Both the position numbers and the translations under genes were made by a program. Of a DNA stretch of 64,000 nucleotides, positions 41,907-62,709 are shown in pieces. The stretch is from the human T2T-CHM13v2.0 reference genome, Homo sapiens. The notes below the pieces were generated by a model. It did not search any database. It saw only the letters and a list, made by a program, of their open reading frames with translations, and was not told the DNA's origin. The stretch is from NCBI RefSeq assembly GCF_009914755.1, contig NC_060933.1; one strand, 5' to 3'. Within the stretch, counting starts at the first letter, position 1. Every line of letters begins with the position of its first letter.

Positions 41907-42208
41907 GGCCCAGGTGTGGTGGCTCACACCTGTAATCCCAGCACTTTCGGAGGCCGAGGTGGGTGGATCACTTGAGGTCAGGAGTTCGAGACTAGCCTGA
42001 CCAACATGGTGAAACCCTGTTTCTACTAAAAATACATTTAAATTAGCCAGGCATCGTGGTGTGCACCTGTAATCCCAGCTACTCAAGAGGCTGAGACATG
42101 AGAATCGCTTGAACCTGGGATGCAGAGTTTGCAGTGAGCCGAGATTGCGCCGTCGCACTCCAGCCCGGGTGGCAGAGAGAGGCTCCGTCTCAAAAAAAAA
42201 AAAAAAAT
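41907..42208 (+). mobile_element. AluSx-like
   Basis: Full dimer with poly(A). Confidence 0.95.
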
Positions 42209-43225
42209 ATGGTGAGTTTGAGGTTTCTGTGAGACATTCAAATAAAGTTGTCTTGTAGCTGGCAAAGTCATATGATAGAGAGTTAGAGAGTATTGACAAG
42301 CTAAGGGTAGGAAAGATGTACTGATCTTGGAAAACATATTTTGGCCTCAGTAGAAGTTTTATGAATCAGTCTGAAACTCCATTGTAATAAAAAGACTTTC
42401 CTATTGCTATAGTGTGTCCATCTTCCTATCATTTCATCACTATAGAAACTGGAGAAATAGTCGATGTTGGAAAAGGAGGTTGATGTGTTAAATGGCTCAT
42501 ATTATGTATAGACTTAGTGCCCTGGTTGAAAAATTCTATATGCTATAATCACACTGGTGAAATACATTAGAAAGTTATGGGGTGGGTATTACATAAATTA
42601 ACTTTCCTATACAGTAGTGATAATAACTAGCATTTAACAATACCCAAACTACTTCTTATTTTAGTTTACAAAACAAACCCAAAAAGTTGTTGCTATTTGA
42701 TTTAAAGATTGGCAACAGATTTTATGTAGAGAGCTGAAGTTTAAATATCTTTTTTACTAAATAACTCTTTGGTTTGGGGAAGTTTTTTGTTTGTTTTTAG
42801 TTTTTCTTTCAGAGGGATGAGAGTAGAGGCTAGTTTGTTTTCAGCTGGAGTTTAGAGAATATAATGGCCCTAATAATTTAGACATTATTATTGATCCATA
42901 TTGCTCCAATTATTTTTTTATTTTTTATTTTTTAATATACTTTAAGTTTCAGGGTACATGTGCACAACGTGCAGGTTAGTTACATATGTATACATGTGCC
43001 ATGTTGGTGTGCTGCACCCATTAACTTGTCATTTAACATTAGGTATATCTCCTAATGCTATCCCTCCCCTCTCCCCCCACCCCACAACAGGCCCCGGTGT
43101 GTGATGTTCCCCTTCCTGTGTCCATGTGTTCTCATTGTTCAATTCCCACCTATAAGTGAGAGCATACGGTGTTTGGTTTTTTGTCCTTGTGATAGTTTGC
43201 TGAGAATGATCGTTTCCAGCTTCAT

Positions 43226-46998
<3,773 letters not shown>

Positions 46999-47059
46999 TA
47001 TGATGTTAGCTGGTTATTTTGCTTGTCAGTTGATACAGTTTCTTCCTAGCCTCGACGGT

Positions 47060-48012
47060 CTTTACAATTTGGTGTGTTTTTGCAGTGGCTGTTAGTGATT
47101 GTTCCTTTCCATGTTTAGTGCTTCCTTCAGGAGCTCTTTTAGGGCAGGCCAGGTGGTGACAAAATCTCTCAGCATTTGCTTGTCTGTAAAGGATTTTATT
47201 TCTCCTTCACTTATGAATCTTAGTTTGGCTGGATATGAAATTCTGGGTTGAAAATTCTTTTCTTGAAGAATGTTGAATATTGGCCCCCACTCTCTTCTGG
47301 CTTGTAGAGTTTCTGCTGAGAGATCAGCTGTTAGTCTGATGGGCTTCCCTTTGTGGGTAACCCGACCTTTCTCTCTGGCTGCCCTTAACATTTTTTCCCT
47401 TCATTTCAACTTCGGTGAATCTGACAGTTATGTGTCTTGGAGTTGCTCTTCTCGAGGAGTATCTTTGTGGCGTTCTCTGTATTTCCTGAATTTGAATGTT
47501 GGCCTGCCTTGCTGGATTGGGGAAGTTCTCCTGGATAATATCCTGCAGAGTGTTTTCCAACTTGGTTCCATTCTCCCCGTCAGTTTGAGGTACACCAATC
47601 AGACGTACATTTGGTCTTTTTACATAGTCCCATATTTCTTGGAGGCTTTGTTCATTTCTTTTTATTCTTTTTTCTCTAAACTTCTCTTCTCACTTCATTT
47701 CATTCATTTCATCTTCCCTCACAGATACCCTTTCTTCCAGTTGATCGAATCAGCTACTGAGGCTTGTGCATTCATCACATAGTTCTCATGCCTTGGTTTT
47801 CAGCTCCATCAGGTCCTTTAAGGACTTCTCTGCATTGGTTATTCTAGTTAGCTATTCGTCTAATTGTTTTTCAAGGTTTTTAACTTATTTGCCATGGGTT
47901 CGAACTTCCTCCTTTAGCTCAGAGTAGTTTGATCGTCTGAAGCCTTCTTCTCTCAACTGTCAAAGTCATTCTCTGTCCAACTTTGTTCCATTGCTGGTGA
48001 GGAGCTGCGTTC
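47060..48012 (-). pseudogene. Disrupted, N-terminally truncated L1 ORF1
   Basis: ENTLQDIIQENFPN..RTPQRYSSRRATPRHI and MLRAAREKGRVTHKGKPIRLTADLS fragments in different frames; start codon region absent. Confidence 0.92.
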
Positions 48013-48158
48013 CTCAGTTGGAAATGCAGAAATCAGCCGTCCTCTGCGTCACTCACGCTGGGAGCTCTAGACTGGAGCTGTTCCTATTCGGCCATCTTGG
48101 CTCCACCCCCATCCGTATTGCTCCAATTATAACCACAGTTTTTAACTTTACTAGTTAA

Positions 48159-48536
<378 letters not shown>

Positions 48537-49139
48537 ACAAATACCATTTTTTAGGTTCCTTGGCCAACTGGCCTTCAGTGGGGTTCCACCAATGGATGCG
48601 CAGAAAAAAAGAGTGAAACCAGGTTTTGCCCTCTTTCTTTTAACTTTGGGCAGCCTTTGCAGTATCTTGTCTCCTTCATGACTCTTGCTCCTGCTAAATA
48701 GACCTCCTTGATCCTGCTTTTGAGCTCTGGTAAACCTACTTTACCCTTTGTCACTTCCTCCCTAGGAGCACTAGCAGCTTCCTGCAGTAGCTGTATTTAG
48801 GAGGTCTCACCCTCCCCTCTTTGATTTCCCTGTTTTTCTGGTACCTTAGTAGCCAGTTCCTCATAATAAACTCCTTCTGTTAAACTAGCTGACACAGGCT
48901 CTGTTTTTCTGCCGAGATCCTTATATACCCAGTCACTTGTGTCCCCTTGCACACAATGAGAATCATATGGAATTCTAAGGTTCCTTTCAGCTCTTATTTT
49001 GTAGACTGCTTCCCACCACTTTCCCTCATTCATTTGTTCAACATGCATTTACTGCACTGCTCCCAAGGGCTAGCCAATATATAACAGTGAAAAAACCAGT
49101 CTTGCTCTCATAGAGCTTGTATCCTACCATATGGTAGGA

Positions 49140-49245
49140 AAAGCAACTGTCTCATTTTGACTAGGACTGAGGGGACTCTCTGGACACAGGACTTTCAGTG
49201 CTAAAACCAGGAAAGTCCCAGGCAAATTGGGGTGAGTTGGTCATT
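49140..49245. mobile_element. MER81-like hAT-Blackjack MITE
   Basis: ggactttcagtgctaaaaccaggaaagtcccaggcaaattggggtgagttggtca. Confidence 0.65.
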
Positions 49246-49513
49246 TGTGTTTTGGAAGATAGATAAAGAGCAACAATTATAAGAAGACGTCAGGTGGTCA
49301 TAAGTGCAATGAAAAAAAGTAAAGCAGGATAAGAAGAAAAGGAGGTTCTCCACATGGTGAGGTTTCTTTTTTGATAGTGCGGTCTAGAAGACCTTTTGGA
49401 TGAAATAACATTTAGCAAAGGCCTGAATGAAGATATGAAATCAATATTGCAGATATCCCGACTGGGAGGCCAAAGCTCTGAAGCAAAAATATATTTGACA
49501 TGTGTATCAGTCA

Positions 49514-49996
<483 letters not shown>

Positions 49997-50217
49997 TCAG
50001 TGGAGGCACACGATCTCAGACCTCATGTACCTTCTCTCAGTGTTTCTGTCCATCCTTTCCGTTACTGCAGGGAGGGAGGTGAAGAGAAGAAAGCAGAATA
50101 GAGAAACAGCAGAAAATAAGCAATAAGATAGTGTTATTGAGGAAAAACACAGGGCAAAAAGTAGGAGAAATTTCCTTGTTGTGGATATTTCAAGGAACAT
50201 CTGTTTTGTGGAACAGA

Positions 50218-50591
50218 TGTATTAGTCCATTCTCACACTGCTATAAAGAACTACCTGAGACTGGGTAACTTATGAAGAAAAGAGATTTAATTGACTCACA
50301 GTTCCACAGGCTGTACAGAAAGCATAGCTAGGAAGGCCTTGGGAAACTTACAACAATGGAAGGGCGAAGGGGAAGCAAGTGTGTCTTCACATGGTGGTAG
50401 CAGAGAGAGCAAAGGGGGAAGTGCCACACATTTTTAAGCCATCAGATCTTGTGAGAACTCAATATCATGAGACTAAAAAGTGGGAAATCCACCCTTATGA
50501 CCAATCACCTCCCACCAGGTCCCTCTCCAAACACTGGGAATTACAATTTTGATATGAGATTTGAGTGGGGACACAGAGCCAAACCATATCA
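50218..50591 (-). mobile_element. MSTA/THE1D-like MaLR solo LTR
   Basis: tgtattagtccattctcacactgctataaagaactacctgagactgggtaa...agccaaaccatatca. Confidence 0.88.
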
Positions 50592-51367
50592 GTTGGCTAA
50601 TGGTCATTTTGAATTACTTGCCTTATCGTGATGTAGTCTTTTTCTCCATCCTCTCCCCAGCAACAAATCTCTAGTGCACCTATAGTCACAAATGTTGTGT
50701 GTATGTGCACATATGCACACTGTGAATGGGGATGGTTTTTACAGATGGGCCATTATGATGCGGAAGAGTGACCAGCACATGCAAAATAAGCAGAGATTTC
50801 AAGATAGGGGTGACCAAGATCAAATGCCACCCAGAAATTGCAGACATCCTCAGGAGGGCTTTGGACATTGACATGCTATGAAATTGAGGATTTGACTTGA
50901 TCTTATATAAATCATAAAGAATCAGCAGATCCCAGTGAACATCCTTAATCTTTTAACAACTCTAGTAGTAGTCATTATTACCTACATTCATGGATAAAGA
51001 AACTGTTTTCAAGAAATGAAACTGCTTGTCTTAGTTCACATAGATTTAAACTGAATAATGGATTTCTTACTTTGTTGAGTAGCTGGTTTTCTTTTCTTCC
51101 TCCCAGCTTTATTGTACTGAGCAAATGATTTTCAAACAGTGAGAATAATCTAGATAGGTTTCTTTAAGAGAATGTACAATTATAAAGTGGGAAAGGAAAG
51201 CTTTATGGTTTCTCAGAGGATACTTTCTAATTTTTGATCTCTAACATTGACTATTTCTTGGGTTAATATATTATCCTATTTGGAAAACTCAGTATTCTGC
51301 AAATTAGAGATATTTCTTTGAGTTATTTCATTGAATTGAATAATTATATTTGGTACTTAATGGTTAA

Positions 51368-51910
<543 letters not shown>

Positions 51911-52811
51911 CACTTTTTATTTTTCAATGCCCTAATCTATTTCACATCAAACAGTTCTACAGAAATTTTGGGTGAAAGGCAAATTGAATTTGCATCCATG
52001 GTTCTTCCAAGTTAAGCTTCTTAAAGTTGTAGCAGACTATCAGGAGACTTTATTCCTCATTTTAGAGAGGCCTACAAAGATGCCTAAATATGAGCTAGGT
52101 TTAAAGTCAAAAATACTTTCTCCTAGATCTTCTATATATGTCTGTTAATGCACATCAGTAGAACTGTCACAAATATACTAAAACCGTCTAACCACATGTG
52201 AGTCCCAACATATAGTACAAATATTAATCCAATCCTTTTGCTGTGACACTGCTGATATAGGAACTGTGATAGAATAGGCTATCTGATGCTTCACCAGCAT
52301 GTGAGTACATGCTGATACACAAACAATACAATCAAATTGCAATGGCCCTTAGAACTCACCTATTTATGTAAGACCACAGCCTTTCCCACTATTTTGAGTT
52401 GTCCCCAGCCTAGTTGTGAGCCATTTGTGTTCAGGTACGTAATCGTGTGCGATCTGCTTTCAGAACTTCTTGTCAATAGTCATGGGTACCTCCAGCTGAT
52501 GGTGCTCTATGTGAGAATGCTACTCTGGTGGACGTAGATATTCTCTGCTGTGGCCACCTGAACCCTTAGGGCACCTTGAGTGGTTGCACTATGTAAGTAG
52601 AAAGAATGACCTTCTTCCTAGGTCTTCCTGCCAGTACTACTTATTGTGCTTGGTCTAAAAGGGATCTTCCCAATGGAAGATACACCACATATAATGATAA
52701 ATTTATTCCCTCATTGCTTTGGGTTCTGGGAAGGACCTGGGGGCAGTGAGAGCCCCTAAGATAGTTTCCATAGTCATTAATAATTTCATCTATTTCCCCT
52801 AGAGCATTCAA

Positions 52812-53110
52812 TTTTTTTTTTTTTTTTTGAGACAGAGTTTTGCTCTGTTGCCAAGAGTGGAGTACAGTGGCATGATCTCAGCTCACTGCAACCTCCGCCT
52901 CCTGGGTTTAAGTGATTCTCCTGCCTCAGCCTCCTGAGTAGCTGGGATTATAGATGCAAAATACCACACCTGGCTAATTTTTGTATTTTTGTTAAACATG
53001 GGGTTTCACCATGTTGGCCAGGCTGGTCTTGAACTCCTGACCTCAAGTGATATGCCTGCCTCGACCTCCTGAAGTGCTGGGATTACAGGTATGATCCATC
53101 ATGCCCTGTC
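52812..53110 (-). mobile_element. AluS
   Basis: Alu dimer; flanks agagcattcaa/agaacattcaa. Confidence 0.93.
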
Positions 53111-53719
53111 TCCCCAGAACATTCAAATATTATTCCTTTCTATGTGGCAATTGTGTGAAGTATACTGGGGACTGCTGGATAAGAAAATCTTTGAAGAACA
53201 TAGATCCTTGAGGTTCTTCTAATCTGTTTTATGGAGACACTAATTAGTGAGACTGCATATGTGAGGAGATGCCATCCCAGTTTTTCCATGATACTCCTCT
53301 CTTATCTGTTCATCTCAAAGACATCATTAAAACAATCCCTTCCCACAAAATAAAGGAAAAATAAAGAAAAAAATTACTTCTTCTTGCACCAAATCAAAGA
53401 CCTCATGTATCGAAGGTTCTTTAGGAAATAAGTATCTTTCCCATACTTACTATAAATATCCAAGTTCTAAATGCAACCTAGGTAGAATGCTAGATTACAT
53501 TAAAGTATATTATTGTAATACTTTAAAATACATTGGATTATTTAAAGCTTCATTAAAATAAAAATTATTATATAACATAGAAATACCAGAAAATTCAGTA
53601 AGCTGATGTGACATAGGCTATGACATTTATATTCAATTTCATTCTTTTCTTCTTCCTTAGTGACAGAACCCTGAATTTGTTTAGGGTGGCAATGTGCATT
53701 GGCAGAGGCATTACAGCAA

Positions 53720-54140
53720 GAGCCTTGAACATACCTTCAGAATCTTGCTAGGTATGTCAAGAATGCAAGTCCTGACTGCCCTTGATCCAGGCCATGTTTC
53801 ATGGTTGTTTTTGCAGCATGCAACCTTGAGGGATGAAGTATTACTTTCAGAACCAAAAGCATGCTTGCTTTCTGCTCGCTATAAAATGTTGGGTTTCCCC
53901 AAACTCAGTGCTCTTCTTCTGTAACACACCTCATTGCATGTGTAGGCTTTCATCTGGGCCCATGATATCATTCCTGTGGGATATGGGGGCCAAGGCAACC
54001 TACACAAACATGCTAGAGCTCATTTGGCTTACTGTGCCATGATTGGTAAAGATCCAAGTGTCTCTTGTCTTCAGTCAGCATCCAGGTAAGAGTAACTTAG
54101 TAGCTTGTAAGTTAGGTAAAATCAGACTCCAGACTGAGCT
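53720..54140 (+). mobile_element. ERVL-class LTR (MER54/MER74/MER76-like)
   Basis: caagaatgcaag...gttgtttttgcagcatgcaaccttgagggatga...cgctataaaa; family recalled only loosely. Confidence 0.45.
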
Positions 54141-54524
54141 TGTGGGAAATCAAGTTATAGCTATATGTGATCAGGTATGAAAGTTCTGGCCAAGGATGGT
54201 AAGAAGTTACTGGATGGAACCTGTGTGAAGGTTTCTTAAAAGAGAAGGGGTAGGTGGGCTGTTCTTTCTCTTTTGTCCCTTTTATTCTCCTTTTTTATGT
54301 TGTTGGAATAAAAATAAGATTGACTTATCTCTAGTAGCCATTATGGGCCATGTGATGATTTTGAAGATGAAATCCTACATCAAGATGGCAGAACAGAAAT
54401 ACAGAAGAAGCTTAAGTGCCTACTGAACTTTGTGGAGTTTTAATACCATTTTGGCCTACTTCTTGCCTGCCTCTATGTAATTATTTTTGGTGAGAGACTA
54501 AACTGTTATGTGTTTATTTTTAAA

Positions 54525-55445
<921 letters not shown>

Positions 55446-57412
55446 TGATATTAGTAGTTTTAAATGTTTCCAAAGCATTAGTAATTTATCAGAAGTACCC
55501 TATGGACCCCTCTGAAAAACTGACTGATATAATTGGGGTTCAGAGGGTCTGTTGGTCAGGCCTCTGTACCCTTCTCCCACCAACCTTCACCAGAGAAGGC
55601 TTATTTTTTTTTAATCTGTTTTGTATTAATTGGTCTTCTGATTAAGATTTCATTTGAGGAAGGGCCCTACCTCTATAGGAAAGTTTGAAAACTACTGTGT
55701 TAGAGAAATAGTTTATGAAACACCACCTATGTTATTATGTGAACTTGAAATTAGGAAACTTTATCTTAAGTTTATTACTTGGAATTCATTTGCTATCTTT
55801 GTAATTGTATTTGCAAGAATGGAAAATTAGTTTTAGTTGTGATGAAATGCATTTTGGCAGTACCAGAACATGGCTTTTCTGTTTGTAAGTAATTTTAAAA
55901 GGTTATATTCTTCCCTGAGTGCCCATTTGTGAGTACCTATTATTACTATTCTACTTTATGTATTAGTATCTTGGGAAGAATATGCCCCTTACTGTAGAAC
56001 CAGGGATTACAATATTATTTTTTAAGATTTTTAAAACAACTACTAAAAGGATGCTGTAATTACAACACATTAAAATGCTTTTACTGTTGTGCAAAAATTA
56101 TAACAACTGCTTTAGCTTTTACCATAGTAAACACAGAAAAACTGATAAAATACATAGAGTGAAAAAACATGATTTTTTAGATGCTAATTATCTGAAGTAA
56201 AATCTGATTTGGTTCTATTTTATTCTTAAGTAGTCATATATGTATATTTCCTTTGAATTCAGATCTAATAACATGTATACTAATAATGAGAGTTGTGAAG
56301 TAGTACACATACTAGTCTTGAGTTTAAACTCCAAGTTTAAACACCAAGGTGTTTTTCAAGATGTTTTTCAAAATTATAATAATGTAAAGGTTGGTCTACT
56401 AAAATCCTTCAGTAGCAATAATGCTATTTCTTATGTAGATAGCTACCAGAAAAAAAATGCTTTAATGAACCATTCACTATGGTTTCATTTCCTTCCAGTA
56501 AAGGAAGATTATGTAGCACAGGGATCCAGAATCAACAACCTATTGAGGCTGAATAGCACTTTGAGTAGGGATCCATTCGAAATGTTTAACAATTAGTGAG
56601 GCATAGGCACTAAAGAGAGGAAGGAGATGAGATTCCTCTTTATGGAAGGAGTGGCAAAGTCACATGGCATTAAGTCATGTGATATGGGAGGAAAGTCTGT
56701 GACTATCTTTGGAAACAATCTACTACATTCCTTTTTTGTCTGTTTGTCCCAATTGGCTTACATCTCAGAATTAGAACTCTCTCATGGGTGGGCTAGGAGG
56801 AGGAGGCAAATCATTTTGTTTTCTTTTAGAAATATTAAGCACTCCTAAGATTCCACATGAGCTGCATTAAGATGCCCTAGAAAGATCCAAGAAAACTCAA
56901 GCCACAGTCCTCAGAGTCATTAAAAATCAAGAGGCCACAGTGTAAACTTGTGACTATGTTCTAATAACTTAAATAAGGTGTTAGAAAGGGTGATGTGCTG
57001 GAAAACTCCTAATGTGACTCCTGTGACTTTTATGTCATTTCTCAAATGTTGCCTATATTGTACCCAAGATAAAAGGTCCTCCCACTTCTCTAGTGAAGAC
57101 ATTCCAATTACTGAACAAATTCTGATCAGTAAGATGTCCAATTGCAAAATGAATATTCCAAACTCTCTTCCTTATTTATAAGCAAACATATTTAGTAAAT
57201 ATGATGAAAGAAAAGTTCCCATTGGTAAAATCAATAGAAAGTGTAAAAACAAAACTAGAAATAAAATTTGTTAAAACAGAACATATATTTATAAGATTAT
57301 TACTCAATTAATGTACAAAAAGAAAACTTGAGTAAATGGAAAGCTATGCTTTGTTGTTAAATAAGACTTGGCATCATATCAGTTCCCTTACATTAGTTTA
57401 GAATTTAGATGT

Positions 57413-57714
<302 letters not shown>

Positions 57715-58091
57715 TTAGATGTATTTCTAATAAAGATTTAAAGATTTCCATAGAAATATTTAAAGGAGAATTTGAGTCACTAACTATAATGCATATATAG
57801 AAGGATAACTATTTAGTGCTTCTAATTAAAGATAGTTCAATAAAGCATGCACATCTCCCTTTACTCCTTACTTCACTCCTTGCTAAAATGAGAGTAAATG
57901 AATATGGTCATATTTTCAAAAGGCATAAATAAGGGTAAAAATATTGGGAGAGGAGACTACAATAACAACATTCTGAAAATTAGAGATGGAAAGCTGCAAA
58001 ACCACTTGATTTGTGTTGCAGGCTTGGAAATTGGTAACACCAGGAACTTCTAGAAATGGGAGTAGGAGTAGTACAAAAGGAGTAGAATTGA

Positions 58092-58347
<256 letters not shown>

Positions 58348-58785
58348 TAAGCAGAAGCAGGCTCCAAGACTCCGTAACCCATTCCACAAAGCTAGATTGT
58401 GAACTCTTTCCTAACATGGCAGAACACTGGGAGGTTATTCTTTGTGATACCAAACGTCTTTGGCCCGGAGAATATTGGGCACAGTTGAGGGCCAGGATAC
58501 TGTACTGAAAACAGCAACATTAAAATGTAGACTGGATAATTAGTTGTTAATATCCAACAGTCTTCTCCTTAATTCAGTTCCCAGAGCATGACCTATCCTC
58601 TTAAGCATTGTAAGACCTATTTTTATCTTAAACCTGATCTATTCTCTGACCTGTTTTCTTAAGCATAATATTAGAAAATTATTTATGGAAGAATCCAGTC
58701 AATCCAAGGTAAAATTCCTAAAGAGATTGCTATTAGATGTTCCCCCAAACCAAAACCAAAACCAACAAAAAAAGAAGAAAAAGTG

Positions 58786-59225
58786 ATTGCAGGTGAGGTT
58801 CCTCAGGAAATAAACTCTGAAACAGAGATTAGCTTGCAGGAAGTTAATTAGAGAGCACTCATGGGAACCACACTCATGGAAGGAAGGAAAGGAAAGGAAG
58901 TAGGATTGAGGAAAGGTAAACTGGACTGCGGTCACACCTCAAGCTGATCCCATGGGGAGTTCTGAAATAATAATGGTTTTTCAAAGTTGTCCTGCAATAT
59001 GACAAGCATGGTGGGCTTTTATACCTTCATGCTGACCAGTCACTGGATGCAGGTTGCCCCCAAGAAAAGAGTGTGACTTTGGTGAGGAAGTTTTCTTTAG
59101 TTGAGAGCAATTTCCAGAGCTGCCAAACAGCTAAGGACTGTCAGTGGCAATACTCCTAGAAGCTGGTGAAATAAGTTCTTCAGTTCTGAAGGGGGAGCTG
59201 GATAGCACCTGCCAGATCACCCCAC
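58786..59225 (-). mobile_element. LTR16-like ERVL solo LTR
   Basis: ggaaataaactctgaaacagagattagcttgcaggaagtt...aagtaggattg...ggcttttatacc...cagtcactggatgcaggttgcccc. Confidence 0.65.
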
Positions 59226-59779
59226 ATGTGAATCCCACACTTGTCCATGTGCATAAGTTTCCTATTGGCTATTTAGTGTCTGTATCAGGCAGGAAAGGTT
59301 ATGCTGCTGTGAAAAATGCAATGTTCTGGCTCAGTCAGTTTCAGTTTGAGACTAAGGCTTCTTGGCAATAGCCTCTATATGGAACGTTGCTGGCTTTTTG
59401 CATGTAGGAAGAGCACATGTTATACCATGTACTGATTCTTAAAGCGTTTGCTCAAACGTGACAGGTATCACTTCTGTTAACATTTCATTGGTTAAAGCAT
59501 GTCACATGGCTAAGCCTAAGGTCCTGAAGTGAGGATATATCATACCCCCTACATCAGTTAATCTATTACCCTAGAGCTTAGTGAGTCAATACAATATGTA
59601 TTGATGTGTTGTTTTTCATATTTTTAAAGGTTAGCTGGGCTCAGCATGGCGATTCTTCTGCTCCTGCGGCATCAGCCAGAGTCAGTGAGGTGGCTGTATT
59701 CAACTGAGAGCTCAGCCAAGGCTAAAATATCCAAGATATGACCTTTTTCCATATATGACAGCTGGTAGCAGTTGTCGTT

Positions 59780-60780
59780 TAGTTAAATATTAAGTTGAAA
59801 TATTTCAGGAAACAAAGCACAAGAGGAAAAATAATGGAGAAAAGAAAATAAGAGGATCAGTCTGGGAAGTCCAAATTTTCAATAATCAGAGATGCAAAGA
59901 TAGAGGATGAAGAAAATCAAGAAAGATAAATTACTGTGTAAATAATGTTAGGAAATTTCCCAGTAATAAAGGTCATGAGTTTTCAGATTACAAAGTCACC
60001 CTGATAGCAAAATGGGTAAAAATGATCTAAACCAAGCCACATAATTATGAAATTTCAAACATTTGGGATAAAAGATAAGAGCCTATATGCTACTAAAGAG
60101 AAAACACAGTTTCATTTAAAAGATCAAGAATCACAATTTCACTGGACTTAGTAATAGAAATACTGGGAGTTAGAAGACAAAGGAGATTGTTTTCAAATTC
60201 CAAGGGAATAAGATTTCCAATTTATAACTTTAAACTCAATTAGCTACCTATCACAACTAAGGGTATGTAACAATATTTTTCAGGTGTGCAGAGTCTCAAA
60301 ATATTATCTTTTATTTACCAAAATAAGGGAGTAAATCAAGAAAGCACAATGCATGCAAGCCAGGAAGCAAGAGATTGATTAGAAAAGACAGAAAAAGGAA
60401 TATCACAAGATAATAACTGCCTTCGAGGGCAAACAGTACAGATGAAAAAAATGAAATTCATTGAAGACTTAATATATTTGAACAAACTGGAGAAAATTAA
60501 CATTTCTAAGAGAGCGTTTACGTTTGAGTTAAAATGAGTAATTTTATGGTTCATATTTAAATGACATTTACATAGCTGTAAAAATATAACCCTGAATATT
60601 GAACTATATTGAAAAGTATGGGTGAGGAAATGTGGAAGGGGAGCAGTTTAGAAAGGGATGCATGGAATAAGAATTGGTGAAAAACTAAACCCTCATCTCC
60701 TCTAGTGGGAGGTAAATAGATAAGTCCTGTAACTGAAATATTAAGAATTGAAACTACTCATTTTATTTAGAAATAGAAAG
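59780..60780 (+). mobile_element. Ancient L1M/HAL1 ORF1-region remnant
   Basis: A-rich; gaaatttcccag..agttttcagatt..cacataattatgaaatttca..agaagacaa motifs. Confidence 0.5.
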
Positions 60781-60786
60781 TATATC

Positions 60787-61146
60787 TGTATTAGTTCATT
60801 CTCATGCTGCTAATAAAGACATATTCGAGACTGGGTAATTTATAAAGGAAAGAAGTTTAATGGGCTCACAGTTCCATATGGTTGGGGAGGCCTCACAATC
60901 ATGACAGAAGGCAAAGGAAGAGCAAGGCACCTCTTACATGGTGGCAGGCAAGAGGGCATGTGTAGGGGAACTGCCCTTTATAAAACCGTCAGATCTCATG
61001 AGACTTATTCACTATCAGGAGAACAGCATGGGTAAAACCCGCCCCCTTGATTCAGTTACCTCCCACTGGGTCCCTCCCACAACATGGGATTATGGGAGCT
61101 ACAATTCAAGATGAGATTTGGGTGGGGACACAGCCAAACCATACCA
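60787..61146 (-). mobile_element. THE1B/C solo LTR
   Basis: tgtattagttcattctcatgctgctaataaagacata...gacacagccaaaccatacca; perfect 5-bp TSD atatc. Confidence 0.92.
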
Positions 61147-62069
61147 ATATCCCAATAGAAACATCTAAAAGAATAGACTCTTCAATTCTGTGAATTAATA
61201 AATTCTCTTTTTTGCTAAAGTCAATTTGAGTTGATTTTTCTGGGGTTTTTTTGGTTTATTTTGTTTTGATTTTTGTTTTTACACTAAAAGAATCTTGTCC
61301 AATACATATACACATATTCTCAGATCCCACAACAGAATTTGCAGAAATATTTTGAAAAACTTCCCATGTGATTTTGATGCATAGTTTGGTTTGGGCATCA
61401 CTACTCAGAAGGACTATGATCTTAGCAATAAGCTGTATTCCTTCAGTAAGGAGTCTAATGAACTCATCTTTCAAATTCTGATAGAGATGATAGCTCATGT
61501 TCCAGCACACCTCTTCACTTTTCTTCTTATCTTCAGCTTAGGAAGCAAGATTTTATCTCACATATTCAAGTATGAAATAGTGATGATAGGAGGAGAAAGA
61601 AATACATTGCTTTCTTAGGGGGAAAAAAGAACCCAAAACAAAAAACAAAGGACTTGAAGAAATCAGGAATTTTGTTATCTGATAAACCCATAAATTTCCT
61701 CATGTGCTTTGAACTTCCTGACTCCCTCTGCTCCTTTGCCTCTGTGCCCCAAATCTGGAAAAACGTTTTAGTACTTTATTCTTTATAAATAAAGCTGAGC
61801 AAGGGTAGCGCCTTCCTTCTATGAAGAATCTATTTCTTCTGCCAGGAGATATTTTACCAGTTGAACTGAATCTGTAAATTCACTTAATAAAATGGCCAAC
61901 TGACATTCTTTATTACTATGTCACCTGATGAACAAATATCTCTCCATTCCAATTCATTCTGTAGAAAGCAGAATTCTCTTAATATCTACTATATCAGTGT
62001 TACTGACATAAAATTGAGATTGAAATGCTTAAATAATAAAACCACCAAGTAGTTGCGGACAGGGAAGAA

Positions 62070-62612
62070 AGTCCCAATTATCGATTGCTGCATAACAAAC
62101 CATTCAAATTTTAAATGGCTTAAACAATGGCCACTTTTTAATATCTCATGATTTTGTAGGTCAGAAATTTGTATTGGTCTAGGTGATTATTCTGTTTCAC
62201 GTGGCATGAACATAAGTCACTCTGAGGAACTGAGCTAATGAGTAGACCAGTCTGGAGGGTCCAAGGTGGCTTTGCTTGCATGTCTGTTGCTTGTCAGAGG
62301 ATAGCTGGAAGGCTGAGTTCAGCTAGGACTGCTGACCATAGCCTCTATACATGGCATCTCTAGGATGATGATCTCAGGGTAGTTGGAGGTATATGACTGG
62401 CCAGGGCTTCTAGAGGAAATGTTCCAAGAGATCTGGGCTGAAAATTCAAGGCTCTGACCTTAGGCACAGAAGATCCAGAATATCTCTTTTGTTATATTGT
62501 ATTGGCCAAGGAAGTCATTAAGGCCAGCCAGATTCAAGGGGAGGGGAATTAGACTCATTGCTTCTTAATGAAAAGATTAGCAAAAAATTTGTGGCCTCTT
62601 TTAACCTACCAC
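62070..62612 (-). mobile_element. MLT1F/G-like MaLR LTR
   Basis: ttgctgcataacaaacc..aatggcttaaacaa...ggccagcccagattcaagggga...ttaacctaccaca. Confidence 0.7.
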
Positions 62613-62709
62613 AGAAATTATCACTACACTTACATTTCTGGGAATTGGAAAATCCCTTACTACCTACCATCAATCTAGAAGTTATTCTTCCTACAAAAAA
62701 GTAGAAGAG

